Shown in pieces: positions 13,545-25,200 of a stretch of 64,000 nt of DNA (the stretch's first letter is position 1; each line of letters opens with the position of its first letter). Origin of the DNA: Lama guanicoe. Its lineage: Eukaryota. Position numbers and translations under genes: made by a program. The notes beneath the pieces were generated by a model that made no database searches, was not told where the DNA came from, and saw only the letters and a list, made by a program, of their open reading frames with translations. The stretch lies in NCBI GenBank assembly GCA_013239625.1, contig MU054323.1, positions 12,221,694 to 12,285,693 on the forward strand, written 5' to 3'.

Positions 13545-14273
13545 AGAGAGAGGATGATAGAGAGAGAGAAAGTGAGAGGAAGAATCCTATTGGTTATGTT
13601 TTTTTCTGGAGAGCTCAAACTAAGACACATCCTTTTTCTTTTAAGCTATTTGTGTCTTTATGTTTCAGATTAATTACTTGAGGCAGCACAAAACTGAGTC
13701 TTGGTTTTTTTTTTAATTCAGTTTGGTAATCGCTATCTTTTAATTGGAGTGTTTAGAACATTTACATTTTATGTTAATATTGGTATGGCTGGACTTAGTT
13801 TTGTCTTTTTTAAAATTTGTTTCATTTGTTCTTTATTCCATTTTTCCCTCTTTTTCTATCTAGACAGAGAGAGAGAGAGAGAGAGATACCACCCAAAGAT
13901 AGATAGATTGAGCAAGAGACAGAGACAGAAATATTTCCTTTAGGGAATTGACTCACATGTATATGGTGGGGTGGCAAGGCCAGAATCCATAGAACAGACC
14001 AGTAGGCTGGAAACTCAGACAGTATTCCTGCTATAGTCTTATGGCAAATTCCTTCTTCTCCAGGAAATTTCAGTTTTTGCTCGTAAGGTCTTCAACTGAT
14101 TAGCTGAGGCCCACTCATGATATGGAAACTAATCTGCATTACTTAAATATCAACTGATTGTAAATGTTAATCACATCTACAAAATACCTTCACAGTAACA
14201 CCTAGACTAGTGTTTGACAAAATAACTGGGCACCATAGCCTAGCCAAGTTGATACGTAAAATTAATCATTACA
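13545..14273 (-). mobile_element. MLT2 (ERVL) LTR, split by an inversion
   Basis: 13861-14273 carries ggtcttcaactgattagctgaggcccac...agccaagttgatacgtaaaattaatcattaca; the other LTR end lies flipped at 13585-13627. Confidence 0.75.
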
Positions 14274-14481
14274 AATAGAAAAAGATATACTATGCTAACA
14301 TAAGTCAAAAGAAATTTGGAATGGTTATGTTACTATCAGACAAGCAGATTTCAGAGCAAAGAATACTGTCATAAATGAAGAAGGACATTTTCTAATGATA
14401 AAGGTGTCAATTTTTTAAGAGGGCATAGCAATCTAAATATTTATATACCTAACAACAGAGCTTCAAAATATGTCAAGCAAA

Positions 14482-14801
14482 CAAATAAACAAAGAATCAA
14501 ACAAACAAAGCATAAATACAAAACAGAAACAGACTCATAGATATAGAATACAAACTTGTGGTTGCCAAGGGGGCGGAGGGTGGGAAGGGATAGACAGGAT
14601 TTCAAAATTGTAGACTAGATAAACAAGATTATACTTTATAGCACAGGGAAATACACACAAAATCTTATGATAGCGCACAGAGAAAAAATGTGACAACGAA
14701 TATATATATGTTCATGTATAACTGAAAAATTGTACTAAACACTAGAATTTGACACAACATTGTAAAATGATTATAAATCAATAAAAAATGTTAAAAAAAA
14801 A
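14482..14801 (+). mobile_element. Young L1 3'UTR, 5'-truncated insertion
   Basis: Same 3'UTR as 21160-21553; TSD gtcaagcaaa at 14472-14481 and 14802-14811. Confidence 0.9.
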
Positions 14802-16296
14802 GTCAAGCAAAAACTGAAAGAACTGCAAAGAGAAATAGACAAAAACACAATTATGGTCAGATATTTCAATACCTGTATCTCAATAACTAGAAAAATAGAA
14901 AATCAGCAATGATATAGTAATTTTGAACCACACTATTAACCAAATTCAACTGACCGACACTCTTAGAAAACCACATTCAAAAAAATAGCAAAATACATAC
15001 TATATTCAATTATATATATAATATTTACCAAGAAAGACCATGTTTGGGGAAAAACATGAGACAAGTCTCAATAAATTTGAACTAATTCAAATCATACAAA
15101 ATTATGTTTTGTGACCACATGGAATCCAAACAGAAATCAGAAACAGAAAGTTATCTGAAAAATCTTCAATATTTGAAAACTAAAAACCATTTATAAATAA
15201 TCCATGAATCAAAACAAAAAGTCAAAGAGGTAAATAGAAAGTATTTTGAACTAAAAGAAAATGAAAACCCAACATATCAGAATTTGTGAGATGCTGTTTA
15301 CACAGTAACTAAGGGGAAATTTATATCATTAAATGTCTATACAAGAAAAAAAGAAAGTTCCCAAATCAATGATCACAGCTTCCACATAAGAAACCAGAAA
15401 AGCAGAGCAAATTAAACAATCAGAAGTAATCAAATAATAAAGATGAAAGCAAAAATTTAAAAAAAAAAGAAAACAGAACTAATACAGAAAAATCAAACAA
15501 ATAAAAAACTGGTTCTTTGGGAAGGCTGATAGACCTCTAGTTATACTAATTGGAAAAAAGAGAAGATATAAATTACTAATTGCAGGAATGAAATATATGA
15601 ACTCACCATAGGTTTTATAGAATTACAAGGATAAAAAGTAAATGCTATGAACTACTTTATGTCAAAAAACTCACAATGGGTGAAACGAACAAACTCCTTG
15701 TTTGTCAATTTACCAAACTTCACTCAAGGAGAAACAGATAAATCTAATAGCCTTATATCCATTAAAGAAACAGAATTTTTAGCTAGAAATCTACCACCCA
15801 AAAATCTCGAGACACAGATGACTTCAGTGGTAAAGTTTTGGAAAAAATAACACCAACACCAATTCTACACAATTCCTTCCAGAAAATTGAAGATAAAGGA
15901 ATATTTCCCAAAACTCATTCTATGAGCCTCACATTACTCTGATACCAAAAACCGGACACTACAAGAAAAGAAAATTAGAGGTCAATATCCCTCATAAATA
16001 TACATGCAAATATTCTAAATGAAATTTAGCAAATGCAATCCAACAATTCATAAAAGTGATAATATACCATGACCAAGTGGGGTTTCTTCCCAGAAAGAAA
16101 TTGATTCAAAAATCAATCAAAATAACTTACCATACTAAAAATCTAAAAAAGTCACATGATTATCTCAATAGACTCAAAAAATGCTTTTGACAGAATGCAA
16201 CATCCACTTCTGTTTAAAAATCAAACAAAACAAAAAAACTCTCAGCAAACTAGGATAAAAAAGGAAATTTCCTCACCTAATAAAGAGCATCCACCA

Positions 16297-16337
16297 CTGT
16301 AAACTGACTATACCTCAATAATAAACAAACAAACATC
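16297..16337 (+). mobile_element. 41-bp L1 3'-tail insertion
   Basis: ctgtaaactgactatacctcaataataaac...; TSD gagcatc(c/t)acca at 16285-16296 and 16338-16349. Confidence 0.75.
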
Positions 16338-16495
16338 GAGCATCTACCAAAAAACCTACAGCTAAGAGCATACTAACACATTCCACCTAAAATCTGGAAC
16401 AAGATAAGAACATCTGTCCTCACAAACTTTATTCAACCTAGTGCTGGAGTTTCTAGCCAGTGGAACCAAGCAAGAAAAAGAAATTAAAGGCAGGG

Positions 16496-17115
16496 AGGTG
16501 CTCTTCAGTTTCCCAAGTCTCTAGGGAGGATCACAGCCAGTCCCTAGTGCCTGCTAAAGTAGAAATCTGGCTCTCTGGCGGCAGCTTTTAAAGTATGCAG
16601 ATAAACTTCTTTCAGGGAAAGACTGGGAGATAGGTGATAGTGCCTGCTTCCTCTGGGCTGAGCCCACAAGGAATAGCCATAGTGAGCGCTTGCCTGCTCC
16701 TTAGGGACTGTGCCTTTGTTTGCTGTAGTTTTGTGGGTCTTGTGGACACAAGCCTTGTTGGCTTTAGAGATAAGGCATTTGGGGAGCCCATTCTTCTGGT
16801 GGAAGTCCTAAAGGTTGAGTGCTAGATGTGGGGTTCCAACCTTTTGCTCCCTGGGGAAAAGGTAGAAGTTGGTTTCCCTCTTGATTGTATGGCACTGTGT
16901 TGGGGTAAGGTTTATAGCAAGCCTTTCCTACCTTGCCTCAGCCTTTTCTACCCATTTCAATGTGGGTATTTCCTCATTCATCGGATGTGTAGGATTCATT
17001 CCGTTAGTATCTGCATCTCTTTCAGAGGAAATTACTCCATGTGTATCTGTACATTTAATGTGTCTGTGGGAGAGGGGAGCCCAGAACCCTACTATGTCAC
17101 CATATTGGTTGACTC
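16496..17115 (-). mobile_element. Older L1 5'UTR fragment (L1MA-like)
   Basis: Minus strand starts ccaatatggtgacatag...cccacagacacattaaatgtacagatacacatggag, similar to the L1 5' ends at 42611 and 54805. Confidence 0.6.
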
Positions 17116-17149
17116 TCTTCAGAATCTGCTGACATGTTATTCTTTTAAT

Positions 17150-17620
17150 GATCTCCGTAATCTGTCCTCCCTTTCCTTCCTAGTCTCATCTACTTCCACT
17201 CCCTCTCACTGACACTTCTCCAGCCACACTGGCCTCCTTGACGTTCCTTAAACATTACAGGCATGATCCTGCCCCAGGACCTTTATAATAGTTGATCCTT
17301 CTGCTTTGAATGACCAAATCTTACCTTTTTACAAAGTCTAATCTACGCACCCTAGTTAATATGGCAAACCCCATTTTATCAACCCCAACATTGCCAACTC
17401 TACCTTTCTTAGTCTACTATTTTTTTGTCCTTAGCACTTATCATCTTCTAACATACTACATATTAACCTATTTGTTAAGTTTATCTTTTATTTTCTCTCC
17501 TCCTGCTGGAATATAGGCTCCATGGGGTTACAAACCTTTGTTTTATGACTGTTATATCACCAGTGCCTAGAACAGTTCCTGGCACATAATAGGTACTCAA
17601 TAAATAATTCTTGGATAAAC
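17150..17620 (+). mobile_element. L2 3' end
   Basis: ccagccacactggcctcc...cagtgcctagaacagttcctggcacataataggtactcaataaat. Confidence 0.85.
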
Positions 17621-17906
17621 TGTTTTCCTCTTACTTCACAACTTTATTTTATTCCTGTCTCTCAATTTCAGTTTGTTCAACCAGCATTTTTTATGGGTTT
17701 GCAATGTCAGGAACTAATATTCTAAATAAATATACTTGAACACAATACCAATTAAAACATGGCAACACTCATGGATAATAAAATACAGTGAAAGAGTTTA
17801 AATTTGCAAACAAACTACCATAATATTGCAAAAATATTAATTCATTCACTCATATTGTGTGCAAGGCATTGGCTTATCAACAGTCAATTAAAAATAGTCA
17901 CATATT

Positions 17907-19200
17907 GAGAGAGAACCAAGATGGTGGAGTACAAGGACGCCTGTAGCTCACCCTCTCCCACAAATAAACCAAAACTCACATCTATGGACCCACTTAGCCA
18001 ACCAGAGCACCTACCGAACTCCAACAGAACATCGCCCTCTTCAAAAGACAAAGAAGCCAAAAATCTGGTAGAAGAAAAGGAAAAAAGAAAGAAGAAAAAG
18101 CAAAACAGTGCGGGACAGTCCCGTGGGGAGGGAGCGGCAAAGGAGGAATGGCGCTCGTTCGCTGGGTCTCCCCACTCCAACGGAGAAGCCAACAGGATAG
18201 AGAGGGAGCCTCTGAGGCTCAGATCTGCCCCCAAGCACCCCATGACAGACAGAACTAAGTTAAATGGGCACAAAGGGTCCCCGCAAAACCCAGCCCAAGA
18301 CGCAAGCCGGCAGCTGGGGCCAGGGCAGGCCGCCCAAGCCTGGCGGAGGACTGGGGCGGCTGCACTGAGGCAGCCCCAGGGGACTGCAGGGGGCTGCGCG
18401 CCGTGGCTAGGGGAGGCTACAGAGCAGAACAACCTCAGTCCCCCATAAATTGCGAAAAAAGCAAAGCAACACGGCTGGTGTGCCCTGGGGGGAGGGGCGC
18501 CATAGCTTTTGTCTCCTCAGACCCGTGCTGCCATTACTGGCTCTTCTCGCGAGAAGAGAGGCAGGGCGCAGCCACAGCTGCAGTGTCCTCTGGTGCACAG
18601 CGCTTGGGCAGGGGCGGGGCCGAGACATGAATCCACACCGGGGGGCTCTGCAACCTCCTAGGCAGGATTGAGACTTGTTTACAGCCGGAGGCAGACAGGA
18701 TCTTTCTGCCCTGGCAACTCAGAGAACTCGAACCACCAAGACGAACAAGGAGCTGAGATTTGGCACGGAGCAGGGGCGGGGCTGTTCTGCAGTCTTTCCT
18801 GAGCCCACCTTCGGAGTGCCGACCTGAGACAGAGTGGGCAGCTGCACAGAGCAGCGGAGCAACCGGTGCCAGAAAAGGGCAGGTGGCCACCTACCTTCCT
18901 GTCAGGAATGCAGCACCTGACCACAGTGCTGGGAGGGTGCATGATCCGCCCACCTGCCTCACCTCAGCGCAGCATCTGACTGTGGCATCGGGAGGGGGAG
19001 TGATCCGCCTGCCCACCGTGTAAGAGCTCAGCACCTGAACCAGTGTTGGGAGGGGGCGCAGTCTGCTAGCTGACAGCCACTGGGAGCAGCAGGGAGGAGG
19101 GCACCAACAGAGGGCCTCTAGAAACAGCAAGCTGAGTTTACGAAACAGGGCGAAGACACAAAGACCTCTGGATAAAATCATTAAGAGCACACAGTCTCCA
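17907..19200 (+). promoter_or_regulatory. CpG/GC-rich L1 internal promoter region
   Basis: Strongest CpG-rich stretch of the window; YY1-like motif at ~17917; GC boxes ggggcgggg at ~18611 and ~18773. Confidence 0.65.
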
Positions 19201-19696
19201 GGAGAACACATCCTTTTTGTTTGTTTTGTTTTTTGTTTTTTTAATCTTTTTTATATCCGTTCTACTTTCTGTTACCTTTCTAATTTTTACTTTTTAAACA
19301 ATTGTATGTCTACAGTTTTAATCTCTTTAAAATTTTTCTCTTAAAATCTTTGTATTATTATTATTTTTAAAAATCCACCTCATTTCATTTTTAATTCTGT
19401 TGGTTTTGATCTCCTGTTATTGATTATACACAGGGTTCAAATATTGTTTTTTGATTTTTTCTCCTTTTTTTAAGGTTTTTAAAAGACATCTCAACTCGAT
19501 TGCTATTGTGCTTCAACTTGCTCTTCTATTATTGATTATACACTGTTTTCAAACCTTTTTTTCCTCCATTCTTTTAAAATTCTCTCTCTCTTTTTTAAGT
19601 TTTATTCCTGCATACGCTTTAGATAGATAAATAAATAAGCTCCTTAAGGACCACAATAGATAACTGATACTCCTTAAGCCACAGTGCCAGAGAGAT

Positions 19697-20620
19697 ATGA
19701 GCAATATGAAGAAGCAGAGGAACCACTCCCAATTAAAAGATCAAGAGAAATTCCCTGAAAGCACAATCAAGGAAATAGACATTGATGGCCTACTAGATCA
19801 AGATTTCAAAAAAGGAGTGATCAAAATACTGAAGGAACTAGAAGAAATAGTGTTTAAAGATATAAAATATGTCAAAAATGAAACAGAAGCTATAAAGAAG
19901 AACCAAGTAGAATTAGTAAACTCATTTGCTGAGATGATTAGTAAACTGCTGAGATGAGAGCTGACCTAAAAGGCTGTACAAAGCAGGCTAGATAATGCAG
20001 AGGAACAAATAAGTGACCTAGAAGACAGGACAACAGAAAGCACCCAATCAGAACAGGTGAGAGCAAAACAAATAAAAAACAATGAAAGCAATATAAGGAA
20101 CCTATGGGATAATATAAAGCATGCCAATCTACGCATAATAGGGGTTCCAGAAGAGGAAGAAAGAACAAAGGGGATTGAAAAGGTATTTGAAGAAATCATG
20201 ACTGAAAACTTCCCAAACCTAAAGAAGGAATCAGATATCCAAGTACAGGAGGCTCAGAGGGTCCCAAACAAGAAGAGCCCAAAGAAACCCACACCAAGAC
20301 ATAACATAATCAAGATGGCCAGAGTCAAGGATAAAGAAATGATCCTAAAGGTAGCAAGAGAAAAACAAAGAGCGAGTTAGAAGGGAACCCCCATAAGGCT
20401 CTCAGCTAATTTCTCTACACAAACACTACAGGCCAGAAGGGAGTGGCAAGATATATTCAAAGTCCTGAATGAAAAAAAGATTCAGCTTAGGATACTCTAT
20501 CCAGCAAGGCTATCCTTTGGAATAGAAGGAAAGATAAAGAACTTCACAGACAAGCAAAAATTAAAAGAGTTTAGCAACACTAAACCCATGCTAAAAGAAA
20601 TATTGACAGGTCTACTCTAA
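19697..20620 (+). pseudogene. L1 ORF1 (disabled by a frameshift at ~19938-19957 and a TAG at 20378-20380)
   Basis: NLWDNIKHANLRIIGVPEEEE, ENFPNL, PTPRHNIIKM and ILKVAREK are L1 ORF1p motifs. Confidence 0.9.
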
Positions 20621-22012
20621 ATAGAAAAGAAGCAGGATGCTACAAAAATGAGAAACTCATAACTGGGAAGGTATGAGAAACTCATAACTGGGAAGGTGAT
20701 AACTGCCATGAATTACAAATGGAATAAACATAAAATTGTAAAAGAAGACATCTAAATCATTAAGAGTGGGAGAGGGAAGCAAGGAAAGCCACTGTGGAAA
20801 ACAGTATGGAGATTCCTCAAAAGACTAGGAATAGACTTACCATATGACCCAGAAATCCCATTCCTGGTCATATATCCAGAAGGAACCCGACTCAAAATGA
20901 CACCTGCACCCCAATGTTCATAGCAGCACTATTTACAATAGCCAAGACATGGAAGCAGCCTAGAAGTCCATCAACAGATGACTGGATAAAGAAGAAGTGG
21001 TATATTTATACAATGGAATACTACTCAATAAAAACTGACAACATAACGCCATTTGCAGCAACATGGATGCTCCTGGAGAATGTCATTCTAAGTGAAGTAA
21101 GCCAGAAAGAGAAAGAAAAATACCATATGAGATCGCTCATATGTGGTATCTAAAAAAAAACATAAATACAAAACAGAAACAGACTCATAGACATAGAATA
21201 CAAACTTGTGGTTGCCAAGGGGGCAGGGGGTGGGAAGGGACAGACTGGGATTTCAAAATGTAGAATAGATAAACAAGATTATACTTTATAGCACAGGGAA
21301 ATATAAGGTTGCCAAGAGGGGGTGGGAAGGGACAGACTGGGATTTCAAAATGTAGAATAGATAAACAAGATTATACTTTATAGCACAGGGAAATATATAC
21401 AAGATCTTATGGTAGCTCACAGCAAAAAAAAAAATGTGACAATGAATATGTGTATGTTCATGTATAACTGACAAATTGTACTCTACACTGGAATTTGACA
21501 AAACATTGTAAAATGACTATTACTCAATTAAAAAATGTTTAAAAAATTTTTTTAAATAGTCACATATTTACCATTGATTAGGAATCCTCACTGAAAATTA
21601 TCTTCCCTCCAGCCACTACCATCAGATCATTTTCATTTCAGGATTTCAAAATAACCATGTACTTTTTCTGATACAATAGGAAGAAAGGAAGGAAGGGAGG
21701 GAAGGAGGGAAAAAGTAAGAAATAGAAATCCTCCATTTTAGAGCAGTCTCCTTTCTTCGAACCTGCCAGCTAAAATAACCTTTAACTCTCAGGTAATATC
21801 CTCCTCTCAACTGCAACATTTCCCCTCTAAATTGACCTTTGGAATATATCTGACTTCTAATAAGCTTCTTAAATTAAGCCAATGACTTGAAAGTGGGGAG
21901 GTAGAAGTGGGTAGTGGAATGGAGTAAGGTATGGGAAGAGGGGGATAAGAATCATGTGAGTTTTAAATAGATACGTTTACACATCATATCAGACTGCAGG
22001 ATGAGTAGGCAT

Positions 22013-22910
22013 TGTATTAGTCAGGGTGGGCTGAGCTATGCTACAATAATAAATAAATCCCCAATCTCAATGTCTTAACACAATAAAGGCTTATTTCTTT
22101 CTTATGTCATAGAGTTGGACTGTTCTACCCCAAGGGGTGCCTGAGGGTCCAGGCTTTCTTCCATGCTTTGGCTTTACCATCTTGAACACATATTTTCAAG
22201 ATAGCCTGCAGCATCCGCTTGGTAGGTGGGGGATGAATGTACATAGAAGGCACTCACTCTTAACTGCCTGAGACCATGTCATTCCTTCTCACATTCTATT
22301 AAAGAGAACTAGTCTCATAGCTGCACCTTAGAAACAAGGAGCCTGGGAGATGTACATTTGCCTGTGTCCAGGAAGAAGAAACATATTTGGTGAGATTTCT
22401 GCCATCGTTGCCCTTCTGGTCACCAGAAATCTGTTTCACACTCCCATCCATTCACAGAACACACTCCCTCCCTCCTAAAGGGACATTCTCAAGTGACATC
22501 CAGTCATTAAATCCAGCTCCAAATCTAGCATTCCCAGGTGATATGCAATCATCTCCATCAAATCTGGAAGAAGTTCCTTATAGTCTGACAAACTAAAATC
22601 TAAAATAAAGGCTATATTTTCAAACATCATATCAATGTTCCAAGCAAGAGGGAAAAAGTATAATAAGGGGCAAGCTTTTATGCCAGTTGAGTCCATTTCT
22701 TTTTATTAGAAAAAAAATAATAGACTTCGTGGATTTTACACTTGGGAAACTTCTGCATTTGTTTTTTCATTGTCATAACTGGGTCACATGTCCATTACTA
22801 GCTGCAAGGATGTTTATGGAGGTGAGCATTTTTAACTACCATTGCCACCCCAAATAAAATGAAGGTGTGCTGAGTTAGGAAAAAGAGAATAGGCAACTAC
22901 AAACAACTAC
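22013..22910 (-). mobile_element. MaLR (MLT1J/K-like) LTR pieces with internal sequence
   Basis: tgtattagtcaggg...gctatgctacaataataaat...; gaactagtctcatagctgcacct; gggtcacatgtccattactagctgcaagg. Confidence 0.6.
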
Positions 22911-22939
22911 CAAGCACCCCTTCCAACACCTCAGATATT

Positions 22940-25200
22940 TTTTAACAGTTCATTATAGAAAATTTCAAACATTCATAAAAACAGAGAATATAATATTATA
23001 AACTACAATGTGCCCAACACCCAGTGTTTCAATAAGCTATTGCTTCATAGCAAGTAACCCCCAAATTAGTGGCTTAAAACAACAACCCTTTAGTTGGTTC
23101 ATGACTCTGCAGGCAGGCCGTTTAAGACTGGGATCAGCTGGACAATTGTTCTGGTCTCTAGCGGGCTCCTTCCTGTAACTGTAGTCAGCTGCAGGTGAAT
23201 TAGAGAGCTCTGCCAGGTTGGCAGGCTGTTCACTGATGTGTCCCAGCTCTTCTTTACATGTCTCTTACCTTCCAGGAGGCTGGCATAGGCTTGTTCTCAT
23301 GGGCAAGGTTCTGAGAAAGTGAAAGCTCTTAAAGCCAGGCTTTGAACTGGCACGCAGTTACTTTTGCTGCATTTCAACGGCCAAAGCAGATTTGAAGAGT
23401 GGGGATGTAGATTCCATCACTTGATGGGAATAGCTGCAAGAGAATGGGTACAAGGGAAATGGAGAACTGAAGCTATTTTTGTAACTCACCTGCCACATCC
23501 AGCTACAATAATCATCAATTTGTGGCTATTTTTCTTTCCTCTTTACTTACCCCGAACTCCTGCCACTGGAATATGGTGTAGCAAATCCCAATCATCATAA
23601 AATTTCATCCATCAGAATTTTAGTATGTATCACTGGAAGATAAGTGCTCACTCTTTTTAAAATAAATTAATGATAGTTCCTTAACATTGTCATATAGTTT
23701 AATCAGTAATCAAACTGTCTTTGTTGCCACATATATTTGTTGCCTTCTACAATATATGTTGAGTCATGACCTAAACAAGGCCATATCATTTCATTTGGTT
23801 ATTGAGTCTCTTAAATCTTTAGGTATCCCTTCCTTTTTCTTCCTGCAACTTATCTGCTGAAGAAAAAAGTTACGATTTCCCAGAGTCTGAAGTTTGCTGA
23901 TTGCACCTCTGTGGTGCTCTGTAACACGTTTCTAATCACCATATTTGCTGCAAATAGGTAATTAGATATAGAATCTCTTGATACAGGTTTGATTTTCTTT
24001 TACAAGTGCTTCATAGGTAGTACTGTGAACTTGCATCATGAAGCAAATATTGTCTAATTTTCTTTTGTGTGTGTATCAGCAGTCATTGAGAATCATTTCC
24101 TGGATCCATTATTTCACTAGGGGTTGAAAATGTGATATTTTAAATATATCATAATTTCTTCATTAATTATCAGGGATACTTCCAGAGAGAGAAACTTCTT
24201 TATCAGCAAGTTGTTTTCATTATGAAATAATTCATAAGGAAAGACAAGGTAAATTCTTGAAAATTTTCCCTCTATTTAGCACTTCTCTGAATAAAAAAGT
24301 TTATTCCCTAGCATCTTGACAAGATGACCAGTTAGTTGATTTTTTACTTCTTATATCATTATGAAGCCATGAACTTTAAAATATATAATGTGTTTCAATC
24401 CATTGAGGTTATTACTCTTATTGACACTCATACTGTCCCATATTTTGCCACTGGTAGGTGGCCACTTTTCAAGGTGGTTCCTAAGTTTATCGTCCTTTTA
24501 ACAAGATTTCAGCAGTCTCTAATTACTTCCTTGCTTTTATTAAAAAAAAAATGCCTCAGACCTGGAATCAGCCATTTTCACAAGGACCTGGATACTATAA
24601 ATGGAAAGTGGTATTTAGAGATCATAAATACCTCATTGCTACTATTTTGGTCATTGTTCTCAAGTGTTTTCAAAAAATTGAGTTATCAAAGGTTTTTTAA
24701 GAAAAATGTATCATGAATTTGTTTGGATATTTCCAATTCAAATTTAGAAATACAGGGTTTTAACTAAACTTCAATAATTTTAATTTTTATATTTCTTTTT
24801 GTTCATGCCAAGAAAATCATAGTTACTAATGATATTAACACCACTACATATTTTTATTTATATTTATTAATCTATGTATACTATATATATGTTTTAAATA
24901 TGAATGCCAAAAAAATGTATGAATGCCAAGTTTATTATTGACTATATAATTACTGAAAACTGTTTTATAAATACTTTCCAGGTCTCTTTGTCTGGGCATT
25001 TTCACTAGGGATGTACTGTCAAATTATGATTCCCAAAATTCCTGAAATCTCTCTATGTGGTTAAGCAACCAACTCGATACAAACTCAATTTGTTTCATTT
25101 GCTTTTGGTTTTAAGAGATTTGTTAACTTAATTTTGTTTTATAATTATTTAAAATTAAATCATTTATATGGTTCCAAAGTCAAATCTACAAAACAAGGGG
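22940..25200 (-). mobile_element. Old L1 (L1MC/ME-like) 3' region
   Basis: ttatagaaaatttcaaacat...; gacctggaatcagccattttcacaagga...aatggaaagtggtatttagaga. Confidence 0.7.
23025..23497 (-). mobile_element. MLT1 LTR nested in L1
   Basis: agtggcttaaaacaacaa hallmark; ends tgccaca; 5-bp TSD cccag/tccag. Confidence 0.75.

Larger units (their letters stand above)
14274..16495 (+). mobile_element. Old L1 ORF2 fragment with two nested L1 3' insertions
   Basis: A-rich collinear ORF2 from the endonuclease region to the RT region (ccatgaccaagtgggg..., gtgctggagtttctagcc). Confidence 0.8.
17907..21553 (+). mobile_element. Young L1 with full 5'UTR and ORF1, ORF2 almost entirely missing, 3'UTR and TSD
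   Basis: 15-bp TSD aaatagtcacatatt at 17892-17906 and 21554-21568; YY1-like caagatgg start; CpG-rich 5'UTR; ORF1; junction near 20787 into the ORF2 C-terminus. Confidence 0.92.

Noticed and set aside
17884..19211. Many overlapping ORFs suggesting a CpG-island gene
   Set aside because: They lie in the GC-rich L1 5'UTR bounded by TSDs; not a host gene
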